This document shows positions 62,533 through 64,000 of a stretch of 64,000 nucleotides of DNA, piece after piece (within the stretch, counting starts at the first letter, position 1; each line of letters opens with the position of its first letter). The DNA is from Macrostomum lignano. Lineage: Eukaryota. The notes beneath the pieces were generated by a model, which was given only the letters and a program-made list of their open reading frames with translations, was not told the origin of the DNA and searched no databases. Position numbers and translations under genes: made by a program. Location of the stretch: assembly GCA_002269645.1 (NCBI GenBank), contig NIVC01000830.1, positions 11,572 through 75,571 of the forward strand. Direction: 5' to 3'.

Positions 62533-64000
62533 GAATCCTAGAGCTACGGAATCCTAGAGCTACGGAATCCTAGAGCTACGGAATCCTAGAGCTACGGAAT
62601 CCTAGAGCTACGGAATCCTAGAGCTACGGAATCCTAGAGCTACGGAATCCTAGAGCTACGGAATCCTAGAGCTACGGAATCCTAGAGCTACGGAATCCTA
62701 GAGCTACGGAATCCTAGAGCTACGGAATCCTAGAGCTACGGAATCCTAGAGCTACGGAATCCTAGAGCTACGGAATCCTAGAGCTACGAATCCTAGAGCT
62801 ACGGAATCCTAGAGCTACGGAATCCTAGAGCTACGGAATCCTAGAGCTACGGAATCCTAGAGCTACGGAATCCTAGAGCTACGGAATCCTAGAGCTACGG
62901 AATCCTAGAGCTACGGATCCTAGAGCTACGGAATCTAGAGCTACGGAATCCTAGAGCTACGGAATCCTAGAGCTACGGAATCCTAGAGCTACGAATCCTA
63001 GAGCCTACGGAATCTAGAGCTACGGAATCCTAGAGCTACGGATCCTAGAGCTACGGAATCCTAGAGCTACGTAATTCTAGAGCTACGGAATCTTAGAGCT
63101 ACGGAATCCTAGAGCTACGTAATTCTAGAGCTACGGAATCCTAGAGCTACGGAATCTAGAGCTACGAATCCTAGAGCTACTAATTCTAGAGCTACGGAAT
63201 CCTAGAGCTATGTAATTCTAGAGCTACGGAATCTAGACTACGCGAATCCTAGAGCTACGGAATCCTAGAGCTACGGAATCCTAGAGCTACGGAATTCTAG
63301 AGCTACGCAATCCTAGAGCTACGGAATCTAGAGCTACGGAAACCTAGAGCTACGGAATCCTCAGAGCTACGAATCTAGAGCTACGCGAATCTAGAGCTAC
63401 GGAATTCCTAGAGCTACGGAATCCTAGAGCTACGTAATTCTAGAGCTACGGAATCCTAGAGCTACGGAATCCTAGAGTACGGAATCCTAGAGCTACGGTA
63501 ATTCTATAGCTACGGAATCTAGAGCTACGGAATCCTAGAGCTACGTAATTCTAGAGCTACGGAATCTAGAGCTACGGAATCCTAGAGCTAACGGAATCCT
63601 AGAGCTGCTAAATTCTAGAGCTACGGAATCCTAGAGCTACGGAATACTAAGCTACGAATTCTAGAGCTACGGAATCCTAAGCTACGGAATCCTAGAGCTA
63701 CGTAATTCTAGAGCTCGGAATCCTAGAGCTATCGGAATCCTAGAGCTACGGAATCCTAGAGCTACGGAATCCTAGAGCTACGTAATTCTAGAGCTACGGA
63801 ATCCTAGAGCACTGTAATTCTAGAGCTACGGAATCTAGAGCTACGGAATCCTAGAGCTACGGAATCCTAGAGCTACGGAATCTAGAGCTACGCGAATCTA
63901 GAGCTAGCGTAATTCTAGAGCTACGGAATCTAGAGCTACGAATCCTATGAGCTACGAATTCTAGAGCTACGTAATTCTAGAGCTACGGAATTCTAGAGCT
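62533..64000. repeat. 16-bp satellite (ggaatcctagagctac) running off the window end
   Basis: More than 85 copies: perfect at first, then rich in single-base indels after about 62780. Confidence 0.97.

Noticed and set aside
62780-64000. Biological diversification of the 16-bp satellite toward the window end
   Set aside because: The scattered single-base indels look like low-coverage long-read consensus error near a contig end, so the variation is not interpretable.

Overview
Eukaryotic (animal) genomic DNA. GC-rich, poly-Q/poly-A-rich exons sit among AT-rich intergenic DNA and very many intron-filling tandem repeats. This architecture suggests a free-living flatworm such as Macrostomum (inference only). 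By hand-splicing I can support seven complete gene models: a calmodulin-like EF-hand gene whose first intron is GC-AG, a 3-exon orphan gene, an ankyrin-repeat/caspase fusion with an intact catalytic dyad, an intronless rhodopsin-class GPCR, the splicing factor YJU2/CCDC94, an 11-exon plakin-domain gene ending in six 54-aa TQT/AQT repeats, and a RING plus beta-propeller E3 ligase-like gene. There is also one partial terminal exon near the right end. Mobile DNA includes a tRNA-derived SINE, several MITEs (two hAT types with 8-bp target-site duplications), a TIR element with subterminal motif arrays, a foldback element containing TTAGGG repeats, and relics of Penelope, EnSpm and KDZ/Zisupton elements. 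The EnSpm and KDZ relics lie in a striking CpG desert. Most long ORFs in the supplied track are artefacts of tandem repeats. The most promising leads are the ANK-caspase, the plakin with a putative multivalent LC8-binding tail, and the methylation-scarred KDZ relic. No database searches were run; family calls rest on motifs recognised by eye.
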